Assembly: GCA_030523205.1 (NCBI GenBank)
Contig: JAUNJD010000002.1
Span: 1 to 43,878, forward strand
DNA length: 43,878 nucleotides
Direction of reading: 5' to 3'
DNA from: Bacteroides sp.
Lineage (GTDB): Bacteria; Bacteroidota; Bacteroidia; Bacteroidales; Bacteroidaceae
Shown piece after piece: positions 19,507 to 27,487 of the stretch; the first letter of the stretch is position 1; each line of letters starts with the position of its first letter. The notes beneath the pieces were generated by a model that worked only from the letters and a program-made list of their open reading frames with translations, had not been told where the DNA came from and made no database searches. A program made the position numbers and the translations under genes.

Positions 19507-21693
19507 ATGAATAAAAATTTATTATATACAGCATTTGCCATTTTCGTTGTGGCAACTTCATTAGGTAGTTGCATCGACGTGGAATATACATACGAAGCCG
19601 AGAATGGCTTCGATGATAGATCTCAAGATTCGGCCAGTGTGACGGTGGATACGCTTCAGGGCATTGACGTAAGTATGTACGAGCAGGCACGTATTTTCCC
19701 CGGACTGGTGGATACGCTGACCGAGATGCGCATCGACACAATTGTTACGTTTGATTTGAGTAAGACATACGTAGATAACAGTTCCGCTGCTTTCGCACAG
19801 ATTTACGGTAGCGACGGACGCATCGAGTCATTGCCCCAACCTATTTATAGCACCGGTGTCTTTGCAGGGGCCGGCGAGCTTGTTACAATCGTGGTGCCCG
19901 ATGGCACATGGGGATTGACGGTGCAAGTCGGTATGCAGACCGATAACTTGGGTGACGGGGGGGCTTACTCGCGTGAACCTATTGTATATACACGCAAGAC
20001 ATTGTATCCCGGTTCAAATAGAGTGCGTTTCCCCTTGGGAGGTTACGTTTGGATTATCCGCGAACCCGATGTGACTGGTTCAGAGGTATGCCAGTTGGAG
20101 TTTCGGAACGTATATGCTGCTCCCGACTTCATCATGGATGTGACTGACCCTGATGGCTGGAAGCAACAAGTGCAAAACACGACGGTGCCATGGCTCGACA
20201 TACGTAGCAAGTATGTGGCCATGTCGGTGGACCGTACCCGGATGGAGAATTATATCACCATTGATTCTGATTTTGCTGACAACCTGAATGAGGTACTCCA
20301 TACTTGGGATTACTTTATGGAATATTACTATGCCGTCAGTGGACATACTCCTGATAATGAGAAGGTGGCAGACTGTATGCCCCCATTTCAGCAACGTTTT
20401 GTATTCGATGTTCAGTTGGTAGATAACTACGTGATGCACAACTTAAATGAGCAAGGGGTAATGATGATGAAAAATACCGCCTTTTACGATGACTTGCTGG
20501 AACTAACTACGGTTAAATATGGTGAGTCGGAAAATATTTATTTGGCGTTGCTCGACAGACTGACCGCGAATTACGTTCCTTATAGTTCTGATTGGACAAC
20601 GGCTTTTCAGAAAATACCCATCTTTCGTTTAGTAGAACAAACAGGATGCTTATCCGATAGAGAAGATTTTCTGATGAACTTCGAGGCGGCTCTTAGTTAT
20701 GCGTCGGCCGATAGTTCAAAGACCCTGAGTATCGATAGGTGGGTCAATTCTGGTGACTATGACGATTACGATGGATTCGATGAAGATATATTACGTCTGC
20801 TTGTAATGACGCAAATAGGCAAAATAGGTCTTGATATAGGTAACGAAGAATGGGAGTTCCATATTGATGTGTCTGAGGCATCGCGTGCTGCCTATCGGAC
20901 AACGAAGACTGATACTTATTATTTCCGTGCTCTTTGCGATTATTACAAGATTAATTTCACACCGTTGTACGATCATTGGGGCATTACGTTGGACGATGCC
21001 GACCGTGAATATGCATCGAATTATGAATTGCCGCCCCGTGAGTATTGGAAGATAAATCCCGCCAATACTTCGGATGTGTTTGCCAATGTCGATGACTACA
21101 ATAAGTCGAGCTTCCGCTATCGGCACAACCGTAGCAGTTGGGAAATCTGGGCTACCGAGAATAGCTATCGGTATGAGAATGACGACACTGAATATACGAG
21201 CGAGTCATCCTTTCACACAGCATCGTTGCTGCTCGACGGTGACATTACTACTTATTGGCATTCTTACTTGGATGAGAAAGACCGTGATAACCAGCAAGAT
21301 TCACCGTATGAGTTACCTTATTATATCCTAATCGATATGCAGGAGGCGCAGACGGTAGATGGTGTCTATTTTGGCAATGGACGAAACATACGATATGTGT
21401 CGGGGATTACGGTGCAATATACGTCGAATACCTCGGACATGAGCTTGGATGAAACTTCGGTGGAATGGATTGATGTATTGAGTATGAGGCAGACTCGTAC
21501 AACTGGTTTGAATAATGTAGTCTTCTACGATTTCGATCAGACAATATCGGCTCGCTACCTGCGTATAGTCATAACCGATGCGAATCTGTTGACATACGAC
21601 GAGAACGATGAAGATGCAGCAGTTGCATTCGAAACCTACCATAAGAACCGTAGGCAGAGCTTTTCCGAATTTGGTACTTATTATTATAAGTAA
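19507..21693 (+). CDS. M60-like peptidase homologue lipoprotein with C-terminal F5/8 (CBM32-like) domain; lacks HExxH
   Basis: Lipobox LGS-C; M60 N-domain pattern IYSTGVFAGAGELVTIVVP...LYPGSNRVRFPLGGYVWI, VPWLDIRS, RFVFDVQ; discoidin motifs LLDGDITTYWHS, PYYILIDM, ARYLRIVIT. No HExxH anywhere in the protein. Confidence 0.75.
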   Translation: MNKNLLYTAFAIFVVATSLGSCIDVEYTYEAENGFDDRSQDSASVTVDTLQGIDVSMYEQARIFPGLVDTLTEMRIDTIVTFDLSKTYVDNSSAAFAQIYGSDGRIESLPQPIYSTGVFAGAGELVTIVVPDGTWGLTVQVGMQTDNLGDGGAYSREPIVYTRKTLYPGSNRVRFPLGGYVWIIREPDVTGSEVCQLEFRNVYAAPDFIMDVTDPDGWKQQVQNTTVPWLDIRSKYVAMSVDRTRMENYITIDSDFADNLNEVLHTWDYFMEYYYAVSGHTPDNEKVADCMPPFQQRFVFDVQLVDNYVMHNLNEQGVMMMKNTAFYDDLLELTTVKYGESENIYLALLDRLTANYVPYSSDWTTAFQKIPIFRLVEQTGCLSDREDFLMNFEAALSYASADSSKTLSIDRWVNSGDYDDYDGFDEDILRLLVMTQIGKIGLDIGNEEWEFHIDVSEASRAAYRTTKTDTYYFRALCDYYKINFTPLYDHWGITLDDADREYASNYELPPREYWKINPANTSDVFANVDDYNKSSFRYRHNRSSWEIWATENSYRYENDDTEYTSESSFHTASLLLDGDITTYWHSYLDEKDRDNQQDSPYELPYYILIDMQEAQTVDGVYFGNGRNIRYVSGITVQYTSNTSDMSLDETSVEWIDVLSMRQTRTTGLNNVVFYDFDQTISARYLRIVITDANLLTYDENDEDAAVAFETYHKNRRQSFSEFGTYYYK

Positions 21694-21753
21694 TGTTGAT
21701 TTCAGAAACATACATAACGGTAGACTCTAACGAAGAAGTAACATCAATCATTA

Positions 21754-23538
21754 ATGAATAAGAATATGAAGAATCCGATACGACTATTAGTTTTACTTTG
21801 TGCATTGGCCCTGATGAGTGGCTTTATGTCATGTACGAAATACGATACGCCGGCGTCTGTAGCCATCGATGTGTTGGACAGCGATAGTACGGATACAGAA
21901 GTTGTCCGTAAAGTGTTATGGGTGAACATAGATGGAGCGGTAGGCTCTATTGTTCAGCAACTGACGTTGGAAGGTACATTGCCCAGTCTTCAGACGATGC
22001 TGAAACATAGCAAATACACATGGTTGGGGCAATCTGATGCTCGCGAGATAATAGATGAAGATGATGCGTCAAGTACGGCAGCCATTGCGCTTTCAAGTGG
22101 TGAGGGCGAAGACCCACTGACCTGGACTAGTATGCTGACGGGTATAAATTCCCGTTTGCATAATGTTAAGGATGAATCATACACGCCCGACTTCCCGCTT
22201 GATGACAATCCGGTGGAGCAGGAGGTAAACTACTTCCCAACCGTGATTGAGTATCTGACGGATGCAAATGCTACCTTACAGATTTCGTGCGTGACCCCTT
22301 GGCCTAACCTCAACCGTTATTTGGGTAGTGCCAATCTGGTGACTACGACCGAGTCTGACGAAGAAACTCTGGCCACCTTGCTTAGTCAGCTGGCTGAAGA
22401 TGATTATGACTTTATAATCACTAGTTTCAAGGGCGCACTCACATCGGGTGTGGATGGTGGATTCTCAATCGACAATACAACATATACTTCGGCATTGCAG
22501 GCGATAGATGGATACATTGGTCAGTTGCTTAGCGCTATTGAAGTACGCGAGAGTGCCGATTACGAAGATTGGCTGGTGATTGTAAGTTCCAATCATGGAG
22601 GTACGGTCGATGGTGGAGTAGGCGGCACTACCGATGAGGATCGCGATATATTCGGTTTGTTCTACTATTCTCACTACACAGAATATGAGATGCAGGGCGA
22701 GATTTTGGAAGCCACTTTGTTCGACGGCGATCTTTTGGCATCCGTACTCGATACGATGGCTAATTACGGGCTCAGCAATGCTTCGCTCTCGCTCGATTTC
22801 AATCTTCGTATGCTTCCGAAAGAGGATGGCAGCTATACGGGTAACAACTGGGACCGTATCTTGGGTAAAAGTGGTTGGGGTATTTCTCGACAGCGTTCAA
22901 CGGTGGTACTTCGTGCCAATGCCGATACCAATATTGAACAATCTGTTACCGGCGCAAACGATTCGAAGTGGCATAGTTTTTATTTCGGCTTTGGTACAGT
23001 GAGCGATGGGTCTCGACAGTTCTACTGTGCGTATGATGGTACGAGGTTGAAGTCTGCTCTTACTACTGGAGGTGTGTCGGGCCTTGATGCAGACAGTACC
23101 TATCTTTATATCGGTGCCGGAAACCTGCCTACTTCTTACTATGTGTCCTCACTTCGGGTCTATAATACGATTTTGGATGACGCCTATGTTGATGCCAATG
23201 CCAGTCGTTGGGATGAGATTCCGGCAAGCGACGCTTCATACTCTAGCCTGATAGGTGAGTGGGTGCTGACTTCCGAACATCTGGAGCAGGATAGTATTAT
23301 AGTCAATACTGTAGCCGGTATGCCTGATTTGCATTTCAACATGAAGCCTACTATTGATAGGTTGGCTAATACGCTACCCGATAAGGTCAAGAACGGAGAT
23401 TTAGTAATGGAGAATACCCTGATAGCTCCGCAGATTATCTATTGGCTGTGCGATGAATCGGCTATCGACAGTGTTTTGGAAGGATACAATTTCCTTTCCC
23501 TTTATTCTACTGAAGAACAGTGGAGAGATTATGAATGA
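21754..23538 (+). CDS. Second AP/NPP-fold plus LamG lipoprotein (paralogue of 17637-19457)
   Basis: Lipobox FMS-C; KVLWVNIDGA, WTSMLTG, IDGYIGQLLSAI, DWLVIVSSNHGG; LamG-like NDSKWHSF...LRVYNTIL. Confidence 0.7.
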   Translation: MNKNMKNPIRLLVLLCALALMSGFMSCTKYDTPASVAIDVLDSDSTDTEVVRKVLWVNIDGAVGSIVQQLTLEGTLPSLQTMLKHSKYTWLGQSDAREIIDEDDASSTAAIALSSGEGEDPLTWTSMLTGINSRLHNVKDESYTPDFPLDDNPVEQEVNYFPTVIEYLTDANATLQISCVTPWPNLNRYLGSANLVTTTESDEETLATLLSQLAEDDYDFIITSFKGALTSGVDGGFSIDNTTYTSALQAIDGYIGQLLSAIEVRESADYEDWLVIVSSNHGGTVDGGVGGTTDEDRDIFGLFYYSHYTEYEMQGEILEATLFDGDLLASVLDTMANYGLSNASLSLDFNLRMLPKEDGSYTGNNWDRILGKSGWGISRQRSTVVLRANADTNIEQSVTGANDSKWHSFYFGFGTVSDGSRQFYCAYDGTRLKSALTTGGVSGLDADSTYLYIGAGNLPTSYYVSSLRVYNTILDDAYVDANASRWDEIPASDASYSSLIGEWVLTSEHLEQDSIIVNTVAGMPDLHFNMKPTIDRLANTLPDKVKNGDLVMENTLIAPQIIYWLCDESAIDSVLEGYNFLSLYSTEEQWRDYE

Positions 23539-23553
23539 TGTAATGATAATGAT

Positions 23554-24570
23554 ATGATGCGATTTTTATTTATATGCCATTGTTTGTTTTCATGGCTGTT
23601 TATAGTGGGATGTGGCTCTTCATCGGACACTTATCCTTCTACAGAGGAGGAGATACTTGCGAGCATTGCTCGAGTTAACGACAAATGGCAGCAACAAGAT
23701 CCATCCTCGCTTTGTGTGGATTCTGCTGTTTACCACATAGGTAATATGGCAGCTTATCGGACTACGGGGAATGTCAACTACCTGCGCTACTCGCAAGTGT
23801 GGGCCGAACGCAATGCGTGGAAAGGTTGTCAATATGCCTATATCGACCTCTACAAGGCCTATCCGGAAGAACACAAGATAAGTGATTTATGTCGTTTGAT
23901 GGCTATGGAGCCTTCTGTATCCAAGGCGACTGACGAACGTCGGTTCTCTCAAGACGTTTCGATGTGGATGCCTGTATTGGTCGAGCTTTATGGAGTTACA
24001 GGCAATATTGCTTGCCTTGATCGTCTGCACAAGATGTTCGATGCCGCTTTGATTTCCCTTTACGATGTAGATACCTCGCTCTTTGTATGCAATAATAGTC
24101 GTATTCTGGCTTCAATGGCACTCGTGATTGAGCGATTGCCGTTGCGCGACGCATACAGAGAACGCTATCTACGGATATATTCATCTGTGGCTCGTGCGCT
24201 CTTTTCGCTACAACAGTCTGATGGACATTGGAATGCAAACATCAGTGAATCCGATTCTTTTTCTGTCACGGCCTTGATTGCTTTCAGCTATCTTTGGGGC
24301 ATTCGTCATGACCTTCTACCCGGTTCCGATTACACTGTTTCGGTTGCTCGTGCTTGGGCTTATCTCTCAGCATCGATGGATGCCATTGTACCCTTGCAGG
24401 CCGGAGATGCCGTTGTCCCATCTGAAGGTGTTGCGCCATTGTTTACCGACTTGACAGTAGGGTCTTACCTTTGGGTTGCTACCGAAATGCTGGAAACTTT
24501 GCGTACAAGCAATCGTTCGTCTGCTTTGTTAGCTTCTACTTTGCATCAAAAGTCGACTTCTTTGCAATAA
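23554..24570 (+). CDS. Degenerate GH105-like lipoprotein (probably inactive)
   Basis: Lipobox IVG-C. N-terminus aligns with the GH105 at 27488 (RVNDKWQ/RVNDYWQ, YHIGNMAAYRTTGN/YHTGNMEAYRLTGN, WAERNAWKG/WAEYNEWKG), but active-site segments are deleted or changed. Confidence 0.7.
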   Translation: MMRFLFICHCLFSWLFIVGCGSSSDTYPSTEEEILASIARVNDKWQQQDPSSLCVDSAVYHIGNMAAYRTTGNVNYLRYSQVWAERNAWKGCQYAYIDLYKAYPEEHKISDLCRLMAMEPSVSKATDERRFSQDVSMWMPVLVELYGVTGNIACLDRLHKMFDAALISLYDVDTSLFVCNNSRILASMALVIERLPLRDAYRERYLRIYSSVARALFSLQQSDGHWNANISESDSFSVTALIAFSYLWGIRHDLLPGSDYTVSVARAWAYLSASMDAIVPLQAGDAVVPSEGVAPLFTDLTVGSYLWVATEMLETLRTSNRSSALLASTLHQKSTSLQ

Positions 24571-24628
24571 TCGCAGACCCTTTTGACGGAATAATGGATT
24601 CTTTTCCGCTAAAAAGTACGGACTTTTG
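24555..24628 (+). promoter_or_regulatory. Candidate internal promoter for the hydrolase genes: three GAyyyTTT boxes at 21-bp period and a -7-like GACTTTTG
   Basis: GACTTCTTTG (24555), GACCCTTTTG (24576), GATTCTTTTC (24597); GACTTTTG at 24621-24628. Confidence 0.35.
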
Positions 24629-24678
24629 CGGCATCCTAGTGTGGGAGAATTAGTATAATCCATAATCTCAAAAAAACA

Positions 24679-27426
24679 ATGAATACCGTAATGAACATTA
24701 TTCGAAAAGCCTCTCTATGCGCGGCTCTGTTGTTTTCGCTCAGTATGCAGGCATCTGAACGAACATTAATTGCTGATGCGGGCATCAAAGATTCTACTGC
24801 CCAAACGACTTGCGTCGTAGGTACTACTCTTAACACTGCTCCTACGTTGCCTGCTACTGTCAATTGGGACGGCAAAGAAGTCCCCGTCAGTTGGCAGAAA
24901 GTCGATTCTTCAACTTTCAATACTCTCTATGCTAATACCGTAGTGAAGGGTACCGTGGTTATTGAAGGGAAGTCCACTGAGGTAGAAGCCTCTGTATGGA
25001 CTTTGCCCGAGAATCTGGTTTACTTGATAGATGCCGGTACTCTCTCCTCGGATCATTCCCCCATTTACCAGGCTGCACGTTCGCTTTGCGGTGATGCCCT
25101 GCTCAATGATGTTCCCGACCAAGTTTCCACTTCCACCACTTCTGGATGGGGCCACGAGCAGACAACTGTAGGCGATGGTAAACGTGTACATATTGACCAA
25201 GGCGACTCAAAGGACTGGGCTACCTCTTTCCTCAGCAAGACGCGCAACACACATCAGCCCTTAGCCTATCGCTTTACCTTGCCGGCAGGTACTTATCGCA
25301 TCACTGCGGCTTATGTACCCTGTCTCACTCTGACGTACAACAGTTGGTTGCGTGTAGATAATGCCCGCAAGTCATCGAAATCCGTGAAGACTGTTGCCAC
25401 GGACGACAAACGGCATCCCGCAGTATTCTCTACTTACAATTTGTCTTTGCGCAACTCCACTACTTTCACCTTCGAGACCGATAAGCTGACTGGTGAGGAG
25501 TGGGAGAATGTAAGCATCAGTCTTATCGCTGTCGAACGCATTGGTTCTAACCTCCCCATACCGCAGTTTTCAAGCACGAGCGGCGATTATTGGGACGGTC
25601 TGCAACTTAGCCTTACTCATAAAGACGCTTCGGCAACCATCCGTTATACAACCGATGGTAGTCGTCCCACAATCAATAGCCCGATTTACACTTCACCCCT
25701 GAACATCAATCATACTTGTCGGGTTAACGCAGTGGCTTGTTTGAATGGAGACATTAGTCCTGTGGCTACTTCCGATTACGTTCTTACCACTTGGGCGGTT
25801 GCCGCCACGCCATTCAAACTGCAAGGACAGACTTCTGTGAGCAATGTCAAACTCAATTGGGCCATTCGCACCAATGCCGCAAGCTATCGTATTTATCGTA
25901 ATCAGAAGCTCATTGGCACCACTATCGGTGACACTTTCGATGATTATGACCTTGTCACTCCGGCTACCTATACCTATCATGTGGAGGCACTCGATGCCCA
26001 AGGTAAAGTATTCAGTACCTCTGTGTCTCACGAGGTTCGCACTTTTAAGCCTACGGGCATACCTGCCGTTTACGATAACCTCATTGGTCAATACGTAGAT
26101 TCCAACCGTGTGTATACTCCTACGCCTATGAAGATAAAAGGTCGTTACTACACGTACCGCATCAGTCAGATAGAAAAAGACGTTGATGGGCAAATCCAAA
26201 AAGGGTGGCAAGTGACCGAAAGCCAATCGGCCACCGGTGCATCCGGCAGTTGGAGTACGCCCCGTGAGCTGGCTTTCTATCCCGGTGTGAAATTCGAAGG
26301 CAATGCCTTCCGCTATAACCCCTTGACAGGTAAGGTGGTGCTTTCTTCTCACTACGAAGACCAAAAAGGTTACACGGCTGCAAAAATCTATTTGGCGCAG
26401 ATTACTCCCGGAGGCGATATTGAAGTAGGCACCATGGCCCGTCCTTTAGGACACGATTCCCGCGACCAGTCTGTCTTTGTCGATGATGACAACACCGCTT
26501 ATCTGCTATCGGCTACCCGCACTAACAACGATATTAACATCTATCGTCTCGATTCCACTTGGACACGGCCTGTGGCATTGGTCAATACAGTCTTTATCGG
26601 CTGCCACCGCGAGACACCTACCATCGTTCGCCATCAGGACACCTACTACTTTTTCAGTTCGAAAGCTTCTGGTTGGTATCCCAGCCAGGCGATGTATGCT
26701 TCCGCCACTCGCCTCGATGGGGTATGGTCTTCGCTTCGCGAAATAGGGAACAGCTCAACTTTTGATGCACAAGTGAACAATGTACAACGTCGTGGTCTGG
26801 TGGACAAACCCACCTTTGGCTTATGGAGTTATCATTGGGGGGCACAACGTAAGTATAAGACTGTTGCCGGTAATTTCCCTCGCATCTCCATCATTTCCTT
26901 CAATGCAGGCTTTGCTTCGGCCGATTATTATCGCTACATTGAGTTCTATGATGACCTTGGCATGGTGCCCGTTCAGGCTGGTCGCAATCTCAGTTTGCTC
27001 GCATCGGTTACCGAGTCGGTAGGTAATGCCAGTGGAGTATCTCCGCTCTGCATCACGGATGGTGCCGATATGGCTTCATCTCCTTATTTCCAAGGAAGTA
27101 GTTATCCTTATTCGCTCACAGTTGACCTTAACAAACCATGTCAGCTTAGTGAAGTATGCCTGTCTACACGTTTAGTAAACGGTTCGGAGGCAGCTTATAA
27201 GTTCACTCTCGAAGGTAGTATAGATGGCATCAGTTATCAGACGATTTACGACGGGAGCGACAATTGGGCCGTAGGCTTTCTCATCCTGCCTTTGGAACAA
27301 ATGCAAGTTTTCCGCTACCTGCGCGTCAATGTACAGCGAGTGGTAAATGTGCATAGCGGAAGTGCTGCCAATTGGGCCGAAGGCCTTTATGAAATAGCTG
27401 TTTATGGAATGCCTGTCGATAAGTAG
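24679..27426 (+). CDS. Multidomain glycoside hydrolase: Ig-like (Big_4), beta-sandwich, chitobiase-C/Fn3-associated, Fn3, GH43_24-like catalytic domain, F5/8 (CBM32-like)
   Basis: SPI signal; LPATVNW..VPVSW; ATIRYTTDGSRPTINSPIY; YRIYRN..YTYHVEALD; GH43 motifs SRDQSVFVDDDNTAYLL, RETPTIV, SGWYPSQ, FDAQ; LTVDL...FRYLRVNV. Confidence 0.8.
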   Translation: MNTVMNIIRKASLCAALLFSLSMQASERTLIADAGIKDSTAQTTCVVGTTLNTAPTLPATVNWDGKEVPVSWQKVDSSTFNTLYANTVVKGTVVIEGKSTEVEASVWTLPENLVYLIDAGTLSSDHSPIYQAARSLCGDALLNDVPDQVSTSTTSGWGHEQTTVGDGKRVHIDQGDSKDWATSFLSKTRNTHQPLAYRFTLPAGTYRITAAYVPCLTLTYNSWLRVDNARKSSKSVKTVATDDKRHPAVFSTYNLSLRNSTTFTFETDKLTGEEWENVSISLIAVERIGSNLPIPQFSSTSGDYWDGLQLSLTHKDASATIRYTTDGSRPTINSPIYTSPLNINHTCRVNAVACLNGDISPVATSDYVLTTWAVAATPFKLQGQTSVSNVKLNWAIRTNAASYRIYRNQKLIGTTIGDTFDDYDLVTPATYTYHVEALDAQGKVFSTSVSHEVRTFKPTGIPAVYDNLIGQYVDSNRVYTPTPMKIKGRYYTYRISQIEKDVDGQIQKGWQVTESQSATGASGSWSTPRELAFYPGVKFEGNAFRYNPLTGKVVLSSHYEDQKGYTAAKIYLAQITPGGDIEVGTMARPLGHDSRDQSVFVDDDNTAYLLSATRTNNDINIYRLDSTWTRPVALVNTVFIGCHRETPTIVRHQDTYYFFSSKASGWYPSQAMYASATRLDGVWSSLREIGNSSTFDAQVNNVQRRGLVDKPTFGLWSYHWGAQRKYKTVAGNFPRISIISFNAGFASADYYRYIEFYDDLGMVPVQAGRNLSLLASVTESVGNASGVSPLCITDGADMASSPYFQGSSYPYSLTVDLNKPCQLSEVCLSTRLVNGSEAAYKFTLEGSIDGISYQTIYDGSDNWAVGFLILPLEQMQVFRYLRVNVQRVVNVHSGSAANWAEGLYEIAVYGMPVDK

Positions 27427-27487
27427 TATGATGCAGACTCAAAGCACATAATTCAGAGACTATTATTTGAAATATTTATTTATCCTT

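Noticed and set aside
24511-24520. AATCGTTCGT resembling half of the regulator box
   Set aside because: Wrong orientation for the downstream gene, lacks the ACCT half and has no tandem partner.
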